A DNA stretch of 63,973 bases, filler included, from Hyphochytrium catenoides (GCA_900088475.1; 14 parts of 14 records of this genome joined end to end with filler, not necessarily neighbours in it), one strand, 5' to 3'; positions 35,108-48,035 are shown, numbered from the whole stretch's first letter. A program made the numbers and translations. The notes: generated from the sequence alone by a model not told the origin.

Positions 35108-35940
35108 TCATAAACTTCTTTCTGAAGTAGAAGATCCTTTGCTAATAATTGTTGCGTGTGTCCCCGCAAAAGTCTTCCTCTGCGCAGTGCTTGTCTGAAC
35201 CGAGGCCTGGCCAGCCAAGGTNNNNNNNNNNNNNNNNNNNNNNNNNNNNNNNNNNNNNNNNNNNNNNNNNNNNNNNNNNNNNNNNNNNNNNNNNNNNNNN
35301 NNNNNNNNNNNNNNNNNNNNNNNNNNNNNNNNNNNNNNNNNNNNNNNNNNAATAATAACTTGGGATGTTACCATCGTGGACCACTGACCTCAGACGATCT
35401 GCATTCACTGCTGCAACATTCGTGGTGATGGAGACGTTAAGCTTGTGGTTTTTATAAACTTCTTCTTTCTGAAGTAGAAGATCCTTTGCTGCTTGACTTG
35501 CGTGTGTTCCCGCAAAAGTCTTCCTCTTCTGCGCGGTGCTTGTCTGAACTGAGGCCTGGCCAGCCAAGGTACAGACAGACAGAGCACCTTCTTCTCTTTC
35601 TCTCTCTCTCTNNNNNNNNNNNNNNNNNNNNNNNNNNNNNNNNNNNNNNNNNNNGTCTCACATATTCCAGAAGGTTATGAATGAGGTGTTCTCTCCTAAT
35701 AATAACTTGGGATGTTACCATCATCGTGGAACACTGACCTTAGACGATCTGCATTCATTCACGGCAACATTCGTGGTGATGGAGACGTTAAGCTTGTGAT
35801 TTTTAGTAGTGGAGTGATGGTACTGGTGAAGAAAGTGTTCCACGACGGTAACGTTCCTGTTAGGACAAGCACGATCACCCTAAAAACGACAAGCCTAACG
35901 TCTCCATCACCACGAATGTTGCAACAATGAATGCAGATCG
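35108..35940. repeat. Direct duplications plus inverted repeat (foldback/MITE-like)
   Basis: 35108-35221 ~ 35452-35570 and 35351-35455 ~ 35699-35806. Inverted arms at 35745-35806 and 35880-35940. Confidence 0.8.
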
Positions 35941-36507
35941 CTAAGGGGTCAAAAAAGGATGGATGGATGGATGCGGAGACCGACAGCAGGAGAAGAAGAG
36001 AAGACAGAGCATCGAAGATGGTGACAGAAGAGATGATGAAATTGTCAAACCAGCAGCAGAGGAGATAGAGACAGCAGCAGCAGAAGAAGAAGAAGTGAGA
36101 AAGAGCGGGAGCCGACGAGGGGACAACAAAAGGGAAGGACAAACAACCCACTTCCTCCTCGCTCTTCTGCCACTGGAGAGTACATGATGAGGAGACAGCA
36201 CAGCGAGCTGCGCGAAGAAGCGAGGAATAGCTACTGCGCGACGGAGGAGAAGAACTTTGAGGAATGGATGATGTTGAGCGAGCGGTGAATCAAAAAACTG
36301 CGGCAGAGAAGAGGAAGAGGAGATTGCCGAGAAGAAGCAGCACAACCCTAACAAACGCGAAGTGACCCTGCTAACCTTGAGCAGTAATGTACGCAGATAT
36401 GTTTAGAATAATAAAGCAGTCAAAGAGTATGGAAATCCCTTGGTCTGTGCCCATTGAAGATCTATTATTATAACTATATATACACTATATACGTTTCTGT
36501 CGTTCTT

Positions 36508-36542
<35 letters not shown>

Positions 36543-36656
36543 TTCTCACTCNNNNNNNNNNNNNNNNNNNNNNNNNNNNNNNNNNNNNNNNNNNNNNNNN
36601 NNNNNNNNNNNNNNNNNNNNNNNNNNNNNNNNNNNNNNNNNNNNNNNNNNNNNNNN

Positions 36657-36693
<37 letters not shown>

Positions 36694-37528
36694 CCTCCCG
36701 CTCCATCTAAATAAAACAGTAGTGAACCATGCACTACTACTGTTGCCTAACGGTCATTTCAATGCTAAAGAAATAGCTGTTATTATTATTTTTTATGTAG
36801 AACTTCTGCACTACTGTACTACTTCTGTATGCTTTTATTATAAAGAAAGGCCTTATTATTACTGGCTCTCTTTCTCTTTCCCTTTTTGTCTCTTTAGAGC
36901 ACGGATGGGCAATTTATTTATAGCTCCAATATTATAAATTCTTAACTCCATAATCTCTGGAAGTTAGTGTCTTCGACTTTGGTCGCGAAGGGGAGGACGG
37001 AGGAGAAGACAGCATTCCCGTTCTTGTTGTCCTGGCTAATAATAGGAATGGGCAGCTGGTTCGAGAAATCCAGGAGCTGCTCAGGAGTACGCTGAAGTGC
37101 TCCGCCACCTGACTGGCGGGAGAAAGAGAGGCGCAAATCCGCTTCTTTCTGTAGTTGACGCCGCCGCTCGGAGGGATTGTTCCTTTGTTGACTTCCACGA
37201 GAAAGCGGCGATTGACTTGCGGTCAGCTGGCGGGTCAGGGAGTTGGATAGGAGCATCCCCTCCTCGTAGCCATCACAAGGAATAATCTTCTTGGGCCGCC
37301 TTCAGGTAAGTGAAGCTACGAATACGTTTGACAGCCTCACAATAATAACGTTGTACGACGTGGCGCGCGGAAGAAGGCAGTGGGTTGTTGGCTCAAGGCT
37401 AGCACTGCTGCATAATAAGCAATGCCCGGCCGCATGCACACCATGCATGACATAGAGCAAAGATGCCACTGCTTGGCGATAGGGAGGAGTGCGTGTTGGT
37501 TGCGAGAGGGAGCGTCCTGACTACGTTG

Positions 37529-38376
37529 CAATGGTAGGAGTTATGGTGCTGAACTTATTGCAGCATCATCTCTTGAAGACCTGTGGCTGCAAGCCGGTGG
37601 ACACGACGACGACAGAGGAACTGGCCCTATGTCTTACGACTGAGGTAGTGGATGCCAGGTAGTTTTGTTGGGGTGCTTCTGTCTTTCGAACCTCCTGCTG
37701 CTCTCCTCTTGTCTGTCTCTTCTCTCTCTCTCTTACTATGGGACCACTCCTCTGAGGACAACGAGGAGATCGATACTAAGCTTATTAGGTAGCTTTGGTG
37801 GTGATGATGAAGGTACGGGAAGGTAGTAGTGAAGTTCCGAGTAGTTAGTTAGAGCTCTAGCTAAGAGCAGTTTTGGTCACAACTAATTCATTCATCAAGT
37901 TCCAGAAGAGGAAAGCGCTCAGCTAAAGTGCGAGCCAACAACCGGCGTCAGCGTCATCATCATCAGAGAGATGAAAGGTAGACGCTTAGGTGCTGTTGCG
38001 AGAGTGATGAGCGTCACGACTATGTGGTGATAATGGTAGGAGTTATGGTGCTGAACTTATTGCAGCATCATCTCTTGGGCATCAGTGGCTGCAAGCTCGT
38101 GGACACGATAAAGGAACTGGCTTGCTCCTTGACTGAGTGGACGATGGGGGATAAGTTCTTTAGGGCGCACTTTCTATCTTATCCTCCTGCTCTCTTCTTG
38201 TCTCTCTCTTCTTGTCTCTCTCTTTGTGAAGGACTTCTTCTTCTTGAGGAGCTCAGTGATGAGCTTGGATAGGCCTTTGTTAGTGAAGCTTCGTGGTGTA
38301 GCTAGAGCTATCATATTATAAAGAGCACTAGCTAACACTAATCATTCATCAAGTTCCAGAGAAAAGCGCTCAGCTA
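37529..38376. repeat. Diverged direct duplication (~395 and ~345 bp copies)
   Basis: Both copies start aatggtaggagttatggtgctgaacttattgcagcatcatctcttg (~37530, ~38032). Both end cattcatcaagttccaga..aaagcgctcagcta (~37924, ~38376). Confidence 0.85.
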
Positions 38377-40248
38377 TATTAGGCAGGTATGTCTTAGGGA
38401 GCGCTGTATAGGGTTGGGGTGGGCCTCAAGTAGGGAGGTTGAAGCGCTCCAAGATCTCTGTAATATATTTGGACTGTCCAAGCAAGACAGATCTTCCTAG
38501 GGAGGATGCCCAGGTAGTACGCTAACTCCCCGAGATCGGTGATGAACTACGACGGGCAGACAGCATGATGGTCTTGAGACCTGCTATTTTTTTGCTCGGT
38601 AGTGGGAGCAACAAAGAGGAGCAAAGAATCAACGAACATTCTGACGAACTCAATGTCACCGCCGCGATGCCGCTTAACGCTTAACGCTTAACGTAAACTT
38701 CATGATTTCAGCAGCAGTAGTTGAAGTACCTCTTGAGTCTTCGGGCGAGAGAACGGGGGTCGGAGGAGAGAGAGAGAAAGAGAGAAAAAGGACGAGGAGC
38801 CAAACCAGAGGAGGAACCATTGAGTTTGAAAGAATTGTGAGAGAGAGAGAGATAAAAAGAGAAAACAGAAGAGAGCGAGAGCAGACAAGAAGTGATAAAA
38901 GATATGCATTCTTTGTGGCTTTCTATCTTTGTTGCTTTTGCGATTCATTTAATCGTAGGTTATTAGAAAATAGAACGACTTCTTCTAATAAAAGCATCGA
39001 ATGCGCATCCTTCTTCTTCTAAATCTGCAAAAGAGAAGCCGCAGCGTGCACTAGGGAGAGAAGAACATCAAAATTAGTTGTTCTTTCTCTCTCCGTTTCT
39101 TTCTCTATGAACTCTACCTGGCTCTCTCTCTCCTCTCTTCTCTCTCTCTCGTTCTCTCCCTCACCTCTCTTCTCTCTCTTTCTCTTTGTTCTCTCTCTCT
39201 CTCTCTTTTTCTGTCCTCTCACTTTCTCTTCTCTCTTCTTTCTCACTCTCTCTTTCTCTCTCTCTTGCTAGTCTCTACTCTCTCTCTCCCAGCGGCCACG
39301 TCAGTAGCTCACTTCTTTCTTTCTAAAAAGGCGAAGAACCCCTTTCCTCTGTTTTCTCTATAAGTTCTTTCTTTATCTCTTTCTCTTTTTCTTCTCTTCT
39401 GTTCATTTTCTCTTCGCTGTGTCTATAACTTTCTGTAACTTTATTCATGAAACTTTCAAAAGATCCAGCATTCAGCAAATGGTCCAATTGGGTGAATGTT
39501 TCACCTTCTATTATAGAAGACCGAAAATAACGGTAGTCAGGTCACGTCACTACCGTTTGCCTTAGAAAGGGTAAGTGACCCCCAAAACCAATTCGCCATT
39601 TTAATTGTTTGTACTTTTCCATGTCTATGATTTGTAAGGTAAGGAACCCTCTATATGAAACGTACAAATAGGTTTTATATGGTAAAGTACTAGTCACCAA
39701 ACAGTTTGTGCGGAGAGCGCACTTGGTCTCAAGGTAAGACATGTTTTCAGTTCTACCTTTAGTAGAGAGAGAATGTGCGTTTGTGATCATCAAGTGGGAA
39801 TTTGACTGAGGAAGCTCTGAGAAAGAGCAGAAACAAGCGCACACATCGACCCGTTTTCTCCACTTCTCATTTCTCCCTTCTTCTTTTCTTTTCTTCTCTG
39901 TCTGTCTCTCTCTCTTGACGAGAAAAACAGTAGTGCAAGGAAGAGAAGCGGTAAAAGAGAGAAAGGATAGAGGAAGGGACTCCTTCCTCTGGAAAGAGAG
40001 AGGGAAACAGTGCAAAGAAGAGGGGACCGAAGAGAAAGGGGGAAAAGAGGAAAGCAAAACAAGGAAGGGACATATTTCTTTTGCGAGCAGCTGTACCAAG
40101 ATCCACCTTCTCTCCCCCTCTCCTCATTCTTAAATCTTCCTGTTCGCCCCGAGCAACCAATAAATTTTTGAAAGCCTTGCCAAGCCGAAAGAAGTAGAAG
40201 TACCAAGGAGAAGACCGAGAATCAAGAGAAAGACAGACCAAACCAACC

Positions 40249-40788
40249 ATGAAGATTTTCTCTCTCTCCTCCATCGCCATCCTCTCCACACTCTGTCTCA
40301 GCGCCATGGCCAGACCTAATGAAGAAAGAAGAGACACTCTCCGCAGCAATGGTCTCTCTTCTCTTTCTTCTTCTTCCCCTCTCCATCAACAAGAAAGAAA
40401 GCTCTCTTCCGGACACTCTACCTCTACCTCGAGCTCTTCTTCAAGCGGCAACGGCTTTGCTGTCAGTGACACCGCAGGTGTCGTGTATCCGAACGGTGAT
40501 GCAGAGGCATATTCTAAATCCTTCAGCATCGGTGGAGGAAGAACCAGTGCAGGCACCCAGGCCACAGATCAAGAATATTATCCTATCCCCGGTCAGTATG
40601 GCTATGTAGGGAGGACAAACACGGCGACGGCTTCCAGTGCCAGCAGTGGTTTTGGTCTGTCTTTTAGCAGAGGAAGCGCGGCAAGCAGAGGCTCATTTCT
40701 CAATGGCAGAGTAGGGCAGTTTGCCTATCTCTGTGATAGATATAATGTTCCTGGATACACTGTGGATAGTCTTTATTATGAATGCTAG
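40249..40788 (+). CDS. Small secreted Ser/Gly/Ala-rich protein, 179 aa, unknown function
   Basis: ATG in AACCATG context and signal peptide MKIFSLSSIAILSTLCLSAMA. Non-microsatellite body with A/S/G-rich beta-like segments and a C-terminal two-Cys aromatic tail (FAYLCDRYNVPGYTVDSLYYEC). Confidence 0.72.
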   Translation: MKIFSLSSIAILSTLCLSAMARPNEERRDTLRSNGLSSLSSSSPLHQQERKLSSGHSTSTSSSSSSGNGFAVSDTAGVVYPNGDAEAYSKSFSIGGGRTSAGTQATDQEYYPIPGQYGYVGRTNTATASSASSGFGLSFSRGSAASRGSFLNGRVGQFAYLCDRYNVPGYTVDSLYYEC

Positions 40789-41453
40789 AGAGCTCGGGAC
40801 GTTGAAAGTAGTAAATTATAGAGAGAGAGAAAAGAGAGAGAAAAGAGAGAGGAAGAGAGAGAGAGAGAAGGGGGTTGATCTTCGGCCCGCCTTTCTCTCC
40901 TCTTTTTTGGAGAGGGTTTCATCTTTTCTCTTCTGTGTACAGTAAAGGTTCTATAAAAAATGTATGAACTATGTATTTTGCATGGATCTTCTTCTCGTCG
41001 CTCTATCTCTCTCATGGCTCATTTCTCAATGAGCTTTTCAATGGCAGAGAAGGGCAGTTTGCCTACCTCTGCGATAGATATAATGTTCCTGGATACACTG
41101 TGGATAGTCTTTATTATGAATGTTAGAGAGCTCGGGACGTTGAAAGAAGTAAATTAGAGAGAGAGAGAAAAGAGAGAGAAAAGAGAGAGGAAGAGAGAGA
41201 GAGAGAAGGGGGTTGATCTTCGGCCCGCCTTTCTCTCCTCTTTGGAGAGAGTTTCATCTTTTCTCTTCTGTGTACAGTAAAGACTATAAAAAATGTATGA
41301 GCTATGTATTTTGCATGGATCTTCTTCTCTTCGTTCTATCTCGGGAGAAGGGCAGTTTGCCTATCTCCGCGATAGATATAATGTGCCTGGATACACTGTG
41401 GATAGTCTTTATTATGCATGCTAGAGAGCTCCTCTGAACCTTAGAAGTAAAGC

Positions 41454-41491
<38 letters not shown>

Positions 41492-41620
41492 AGGAGGTTG
41501 ATCTTCGGCCCGCCTTTCTCTCCTCGTTGTTGAGAGAGTTTCATCTTTTCTCTTCTATGTACAGTAAAGACTCTATAAAAAATGTATGAACTATGTATTA
41601 TATTCTGCATGATCATCTTC
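40690..41620 (+). repeat. Triple tandem repeat of the last ~25-30 codons plus 3' flank of the secreted-protein gene
   Basis: gggcagtttgcctaYctc...ctggatacactgtggatagtctttattatg...gatcttcggcccgcctttctc...tgtacagtaaag recurs from ~40713, ~41051 and ~41350. Confidence 0.9.
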
Positions 41621-42233
41621 TTCCTTAATTAATTATTATGGAGAGAGAGAAGGAGAGAGAGAGAGAGACTTGTGTGAAAGAGACAAAAGAAGAGAAAGAT
41701 ATATGAGAAGAGGGAGAAAAGCTGGGAATGAGAGAAAGAGATAGGACGTGGAAGAGAGCGGCGCCTCATGTCTGAGAGAGATAGAGCCAAGAAAAGAAAA
41801 TCCATGAAGACGGGTCTTTATAATCAAGAAGAAGAAAAGGTGGAGGCAAGAGAAGGAAGCGAGGAGGAGAGTAAGAAAGAAAGAGAGATGTGTCATGATG
41901 ATTGTCTTTCTCTCGCTCCCTCTCCCTCGCTTTCTCTCTCTTTGCGAGCTAGCTACTTTGTATAGATCCTGCTTACACAGCATATATGACAATGCTTACC
42001 ACGATAGTAATAACGATGACCATGTCAAAGAACGAAAGAGAAGAGAAGAAGGGACAGAAAGAAAGAAAGAGAGTAAGAAAGAAAGAGAGAGAGACAGACA
42101 GAGATAGAGAAAAGAATTAGCTCTTTTTTCTTAGCCACTCTCCTTCGGCGCCGATGAGAAATAACATTGAACTTGACTTTGGGTCGTCGTAGCTTCTACT
42201 GTTGATGTTGGGGAATTGTCGGCTCACTTTGCT

Positions 42234-42284
<51 letters not shown>

Positions 42285-43218
42285 CTCCCTCTGTCTCTCC
42301 CGTTTTTTTGTTGCTCCAACCATTCTGTTTCTTTCTTGTTCTCACTCTCGGCAAGCCTTGACGTTGTTCCATCTCCTCTATTCTGTATCTCTCTCGCTTC
42401 TATTTCTTTGTTCTCTCTTTTGCCCTGCCTGTCTCTCTCTTTCTTCTCTCCCTAGCTCTTCTTGCCCTTTCCGCCTTCTGTATTGCCTGCTGATTATCTC
42501 TCTCTTTTCTCTCTCTCTCTGTCTCTCTATTTTATCTGTTATCATTTCTATGGGGAGAGAGATGCACACTCTTCCTTTCACGTCTGCTGCCTCTACTCTA
42601 CCAGTTCTTTCTCTGCTGCTGTTTTTCTTCTTGTGTCTCTTTTGCAGGTTCCATTTTCTATATCGTTTCCTCTCTACTTTGGTATCTTTCTTGTCTACTC
42701 CCTGTCTGTCTTCTTGACAGTAGACATCTTTCACTCTCTCTCAACTCCTCTCTCATCTCTTCCTTCTCTCTCTCTCTTTCACAATTTTCCATTCCTTCTC
42801 TCCTCTCGTCATCTCTTCTCTCTGGCCATCTCTCTCTCTCTCTCTCTCTCATCGTATTTTTTTTCCTTTTCTGCCATGGTTTCCCTGATTATTGGAAGAG
42901 CCAGGACAGATGAAAATGGAAAGAAAGGGAGGGAAGGGAGAGAGAGAGAGAAAGAAACAGCGAAAGAAGAGAAAGCTTGACCTTGGGTGTCACTGTCGTG
43001 AAAGAAGTCTTTTTTCTCTCTTTCTTTTGCCCTTTCCTTCTCTCTCTTAATCTTTCTCGCCCTCTCTCTCCTATGAAAAGACAAGTGAAACCCCGCAACT
43101 AAAAGTCAAACCTTTATCGTATAAGAAGAAAGAGAATGGCTCTTCCTTCTTCCTCGCGGCTTTAGATACAGAGAATGGAAGACTCTTCTTCTCTCTCTCA
43201 CAAATTTTTTGAGGAAAG

Positions 43219-43265
<47 letters not shown>

Positions 43266-44630
43266 AAGAGAGAGAGAGAGGGGTAATAATAACAGAAATA
43301 GCATTGGCGGGAAAGAAAGAGAGAGAAGAGAGAAATAGAAAGGGGAAGAGAGAGAAAGAGAGGGGAAGGAGAGAAAGGAGATGAAAAGATGAAAGGCTAA
43401 GAGAGAGACTAAGAGGAAGAGAAGTGGAACAGAGAAAGTTAGTTTTACGCTGGAAAGAGAGAGGGAAACAACCAAATATTTGTCTCTTTCCTCTTCCTGT
43501 TGCTGTGGGTTGAGAAGAACGATGTAGTTCTGAGGCAAATCTTCTGGGAAACAGAAGAAAGAGAGATTGAAGAAAAGAAGAGAAGAGATCCTCCGCTGCC
43601 ACTGGGACACCAAGAGAGAAAAGAGCTCTTCGGGGAATCTCCTTCTCTCTCTCTTTCTCTCTCTCTCCAGTAATTTTCTCCGTGTCTCTCTTTTGCCCTC
43701 TCTTTCTTTCTCTCTTTTGCCCTCTCTTTCTTTCTCTCTTTTTCTCCTTTATTGTTCTCTCTCTCTCTCTCTCTCTCTCTNNNNNNNNNNNNNNNNNNNN
43801 NAGAAAGGCACTGTAACAGGTCCCCTTCTCTTATTCATTCATTTTCCTAATTACTAGCTAACTCTTTCTTTTTACTAATGACTAAGAAGAAGGAGAAGAC
43901 GAAGGAGAAGAAGAAGAGAAAAGAAAAGGAGACGAGAGCTACTACAAAGCCACCTTTTTTTTGTTGAGGGCGTAGAACCCGTTTCCGCTCTTTTCTCTTT
44001 CGTTCTTTTTTCTTTCCCTTTCTTTCTCTCTCCTCTTGCTTCTCTTCTCTCGGTCTTTAGTCTTAGAATGGTAGTTTCCGAAACTAACGCCCTTTAGAAA
44101 AAATAAGGACATAACTTGAGGAGCAGAATCTTTGCTCTTTGACTCAATACCGAAACTAAAGAATATAAATCACTACCGTTATTATTAGTTTCGCTTTAAC
44201 GGGCGGAGTGGCATCAGTAGTTACTCGCCATTTAAATGATTTAAGGTCGCCGATATTGGGTGGTTATAGACTAAAAGTTGCCTAAGTTCAAAGCGAATAA
44301 TGGGTTTAACCAAAAAACATTTCTCTGAAGAAGCGCACCTTTGTCCTAGGCATGGGGCATGGATTCGTACAAACACAAGAAACCGTTGTGCGTTTCTGAG
44401 TCGATTCTAGAGCGAAGTGAGGCTGGCTTTTATAGAGCAAATAAATGTGCGCACCCATTCAACACTTGTCTCACTATGAGTTTAGACCAAGCGGGTGGTC
44501 TCTCTCTCTGTCTCTCTCTCTCTCTCTCTCNNNNNNNNNNNNNNNNNNNNNNNNNNNNNNNNNNNNNNNNNNNNTTAATTAATTAANNNNNNNNNNNNNN
44601 NNNNNNNNNNNNNNNNNNNNNNNNNNNNNN

Positions 44631-44708
44631 TCTTCATACTCACTTCGAGTATATCAGTAGACCACATAACCTAAATACGAGTGTCTTCAAATCCCATACA
44701 TTATAACA
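44631..44708 (+). repeat. 3' end of an LTR (same family as 55664-56383) abutting a copia RT
   Basis: cagtagaccacRtaacctaaataMgagtgtcttcaMatcccatacattataaCA is shared with 56329-56383. Confidence 0.85.
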
Positions 44709-46229
44709 GAAGGTATATCTTCCTAGCAGCTCGATCCCCCTTTACTTGGGTGCCCAAGTAGTACTCTAACTCCCCCAGATCGATATGGAGAAACGAGCAG
44801 ACAGCATAGCCTTGAGACCTGCAATTTGCTCTGTGGTGGGAGCAAAGAGGAGCATGTCATCAGCGAAGACGCTGACGATCTGAAGATCCTCAGGTCTCGA
44901 AGATTGGCGCTTCACGTATACCCCAAAGTCACAAACGCTGCGCTGGAACCCTTGCTCAATCGGATAATGGTGCAGCGTGTCATTCCACATCTTGGGGCTC
45001 TGGCGGAGACCACATATCGACTTCTTCAGCTTCCAGACGTGATCTTCTTGTCCAGGGGTTGCAAATCCCGGTGGTTGACGCATGTACACCTGCTCGTCGA
45101 GATTACCGTTCAGGAAGGCGGTCTTGATATCGACGTGATGCACTTCTACATCCAGCGTGGCGGCGAGCGAGAGAAGGCAGCGGACAGTGTCATGCCCTAT
45201 CACTGGAGCAAAGACCTCGTTAAAGTCAATACCTTGCTTCTGTCGATTGCCAAGAGCGACTAGACGTGCCTTGGACTTGTCCACTGATCCATCGCTATGC
45301 AACTTGACCCTAAAGATCCATTGAGAGCCGATAAGATGAGCGCCGGGAGGTAGGGGCACTAGATCGTAAACCTCATGGGACTGCATTGATGTAAGCTCTG
45401 AGGTAATGGCGGCTAGCCATTCTGTGGCATGAGGTCCAGAAGTGCCTCGCGGACTGTTTTCGGTTCAGAGACATGCAGAAGATTAGCCTGGCCTACTGGA
45501 AAAGAGAGAGAGTCTTCTTGTAGCAGTCTATCACGACCATGAGTGATAGGACCGAGTGGAGAAGTGATTGTGGTCGGAGAGGAGGGAGAAGAAGCTGCGG
45601 GATGATCCTCGTCTTCGCCAAGCTCGCTCGTGTCCGTCCCATCAGCAACGTTGCTCTCTGGCTCCGGCCCCAGACAGTCATTGGTGGGTTTCTCTGGACT
45701 TGCTTCGTCAGCAGAAGCTTCACTCTCTTATTGTGCTTGTCTCGCTGCACTCGCTTCACCACTTACTTGCCCTCTTCAGCAGCAGTTGCTAATTCGCTCC
45801 CTATGATGGGAAACAAAGAGACATAGTCATAATTTTGCTGCCTTTTTGCCTGTTTGAGTAACGTAGAAGGGCCCCAGAGCGAGACTCGTCGATAACCACA
45901 TCACGCCGCACAGAGATTCTCTTGGTCAGAGGATCATACAGTCGATAGCCATGGGTGCCAGAGTCATACCCTACAAAGATATACCGAGAGCTCCGCGCAT
46001 CAAGCTTTCGCAGCATCGTCGACGGCTTTAAAGCATACGCAAGTGAACCAAAGACGCGTAGATGACCAACATCATCAGGCGGCTTGCCATACCACTTATT
46101 CGTAGGGGGTAGAGCCATCGAGTGAAGCAGTAGGACAGCGATTGATCACATGAACTGCGGAGGCCAATGCATCTGCCCAAAAAAGAGGTAGGTCAGTAGC
46201 AATCAGAAGGCATCTCGTCGCCTGCATGA
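44709..46229 (-). mobile_element. Degenerate Ty1/copia integrase-RT fragment
   Basis: LFWADALASAVHVINR, GHLRVFGSLAY...KLDARS, EPKTVREA, KARLVALGNRQ, HVDIKTAFLNG, GLRQSPKMW, VFADDM. Several frameshifts. Confidence 0.92.
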
Positions 46230-46491
46230 NNNNNNNNNNNNNNNNNNNNNNNNNNNNNNNNNNNNNNNNNNNNTTAATTAATTAANNNNNNNNNNNNNNN
46301 NNNNNNNNNNNNNNNNNNNNNNNNNNNNNAGAGAGAGAGAGAGAGAGACGAGAGAAAGAAAGAGACGCAGAATATCAGCCCTCCGATGTCAGGGTGGCAA
46401 GGAAGAAGACTGTAAATGCTCATGGTCTCAGCGCTCGGAAGAGAGAGAATGCCGCCAAGGAGGAGAGAGAGTCGCCTGTTTGTGTTCTTAC

Positions 46492-46866
46492 GTCTCCTGC
46501 CAAGGTCCAGACTTCAGTCGTGAGAGGGAACCTGTCCCAGGGAAAGTTGAAAGAGAATGGTCGCCCTATCTTCTCTATCAACAGCATCGTCCCGTCAGGC
46601 GACGGTCTGCCCTACAAGTAGGAGAGAAAGAAAGAGAGAGAGAAAAGCGGAGGATCGGGGAAGGAAAGGGGCGAAATTTGATAAGAGCTCGACTCTGCTG
46701 GCGTCCCAGCGGCTTTTCTCCTCTTGCGGATTCGAGTGCTCATCTGTCTCTCTCTTTTTCAACCCTTTACCTGGGCGCTCGCTCAGTTTTCTCTCCCAGG
46801 TAAACGTTTCTCTTCCCTCCCTTGTCCGAAGAGATGCCTTTCATTACCCTTTCCCTCACTTCTCTC

Positions 46867-46915
<49 letters not shown>

Positions 46916-47851
46916 CTCTCTCCCCGCCTCTCTCTTGCTTGCCCTCCCTCTTCTCTCTCTCTTTAACTCTCTCTCCCTCTCTCTTGCTTGCTCTCACTCT
47001 TCTCTCTCTCTTTCTCTCTCTCTCCCTCTCTCTTGCTTGCCCTCACTCTTCTCTCTCTCTCTCTCTTTCTCTTTCTCCTCTCTCTCTCTTTCTGCTCTCT
47101 CTCTCTCACACACAAGGTCGTCCCTCTTACCTTTACATAGAGATCAGGCTTTCCGACAGCGGTGGCAGAGAAATCTCTGACATCTGCGACCGCCCACTGA
47201 GAAGTGACATAGAACTCAAACCTAAGCTGTTGCCGTCAGGCCAGAGGGAGAACGAGTCAGAGTCGCGCGAGTGCTAAGGTTTTATCTAAGTCCAACAAAA
47301 GAGAGAAAAGAGAGAGGCAAAAAATGAGAGAAAAGAGAGGCACAAAATGAGAGAGAGAGGGAGAGTCCATCTACAGAGTGTGGGAGGACGAGGGAGAGGG
47401 GAATCCTAGAAGGAGAGAAAGAAAAAGAGGAGAGATTTATCCTCAGCCCCTTTCTGTCCCGACGACTTCTCTTTTTTCCTTTCTCTGTCTCTCTCTCTCT
47501 CGCGCTCTCTCTCTCTCTCTTCCGATAGTTCTCTCGGTACCTCGTCATTAGCCGTCTTGAGCAAGTCCTGGTAGGTTCGGCCGGGCTTCTTCTTGCCTGA
47601 AGACGTTTCTTGGACTGTGGGACGGAGGATAATCTCGTCTTCTTTCTCTCTCTCTCTCTCTTCGGCGACATCTCTCTCTTCGTATCTTCCTCGGTGGCTG
47701 TCGGGAACAGTGCAGAGGAGGAGCCGTTGGTTGTCGATCCAGGCCAGAGGGTCCGCCAGTGTTCCGTTCAGAGTGAGAGAAGAGGCACAGCGGGCGTGGA
47801 AAGGCGCTCCAGCGAGAGGAATGTCGCACACCCAGAGCTGGGAAGAAGGGA

Positions 47852-47907
<56 letters not shown>

Positions 47908-48001
47908 GATCGCTTCAGCTTGTTCTTTTGGCCTCTTTCGGCTTCTCCGCGTTTTAACTATGCGTCTTCTCTTCTTCCAAATGATTTTCTTCCTACGTCT
48001 T

Positions 48002-48035
<34 letters not shown>

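Noticed and set aside
35351-35470. hAT transposase-like VSITT motif
   Set aside because: The catalytic Asp/Trp is absent (VSITTNVA), and the sequence is part of the inverted repeat.
36932-37310. Possible coding exon
   Set aside because: All frames are interrupted and I recognise no family.
41625-41636. TTAATTAATTA resembling the linker
   Set aside because: Not flanked by N runs and incomplete. Treated as natural AT-rich sequence.
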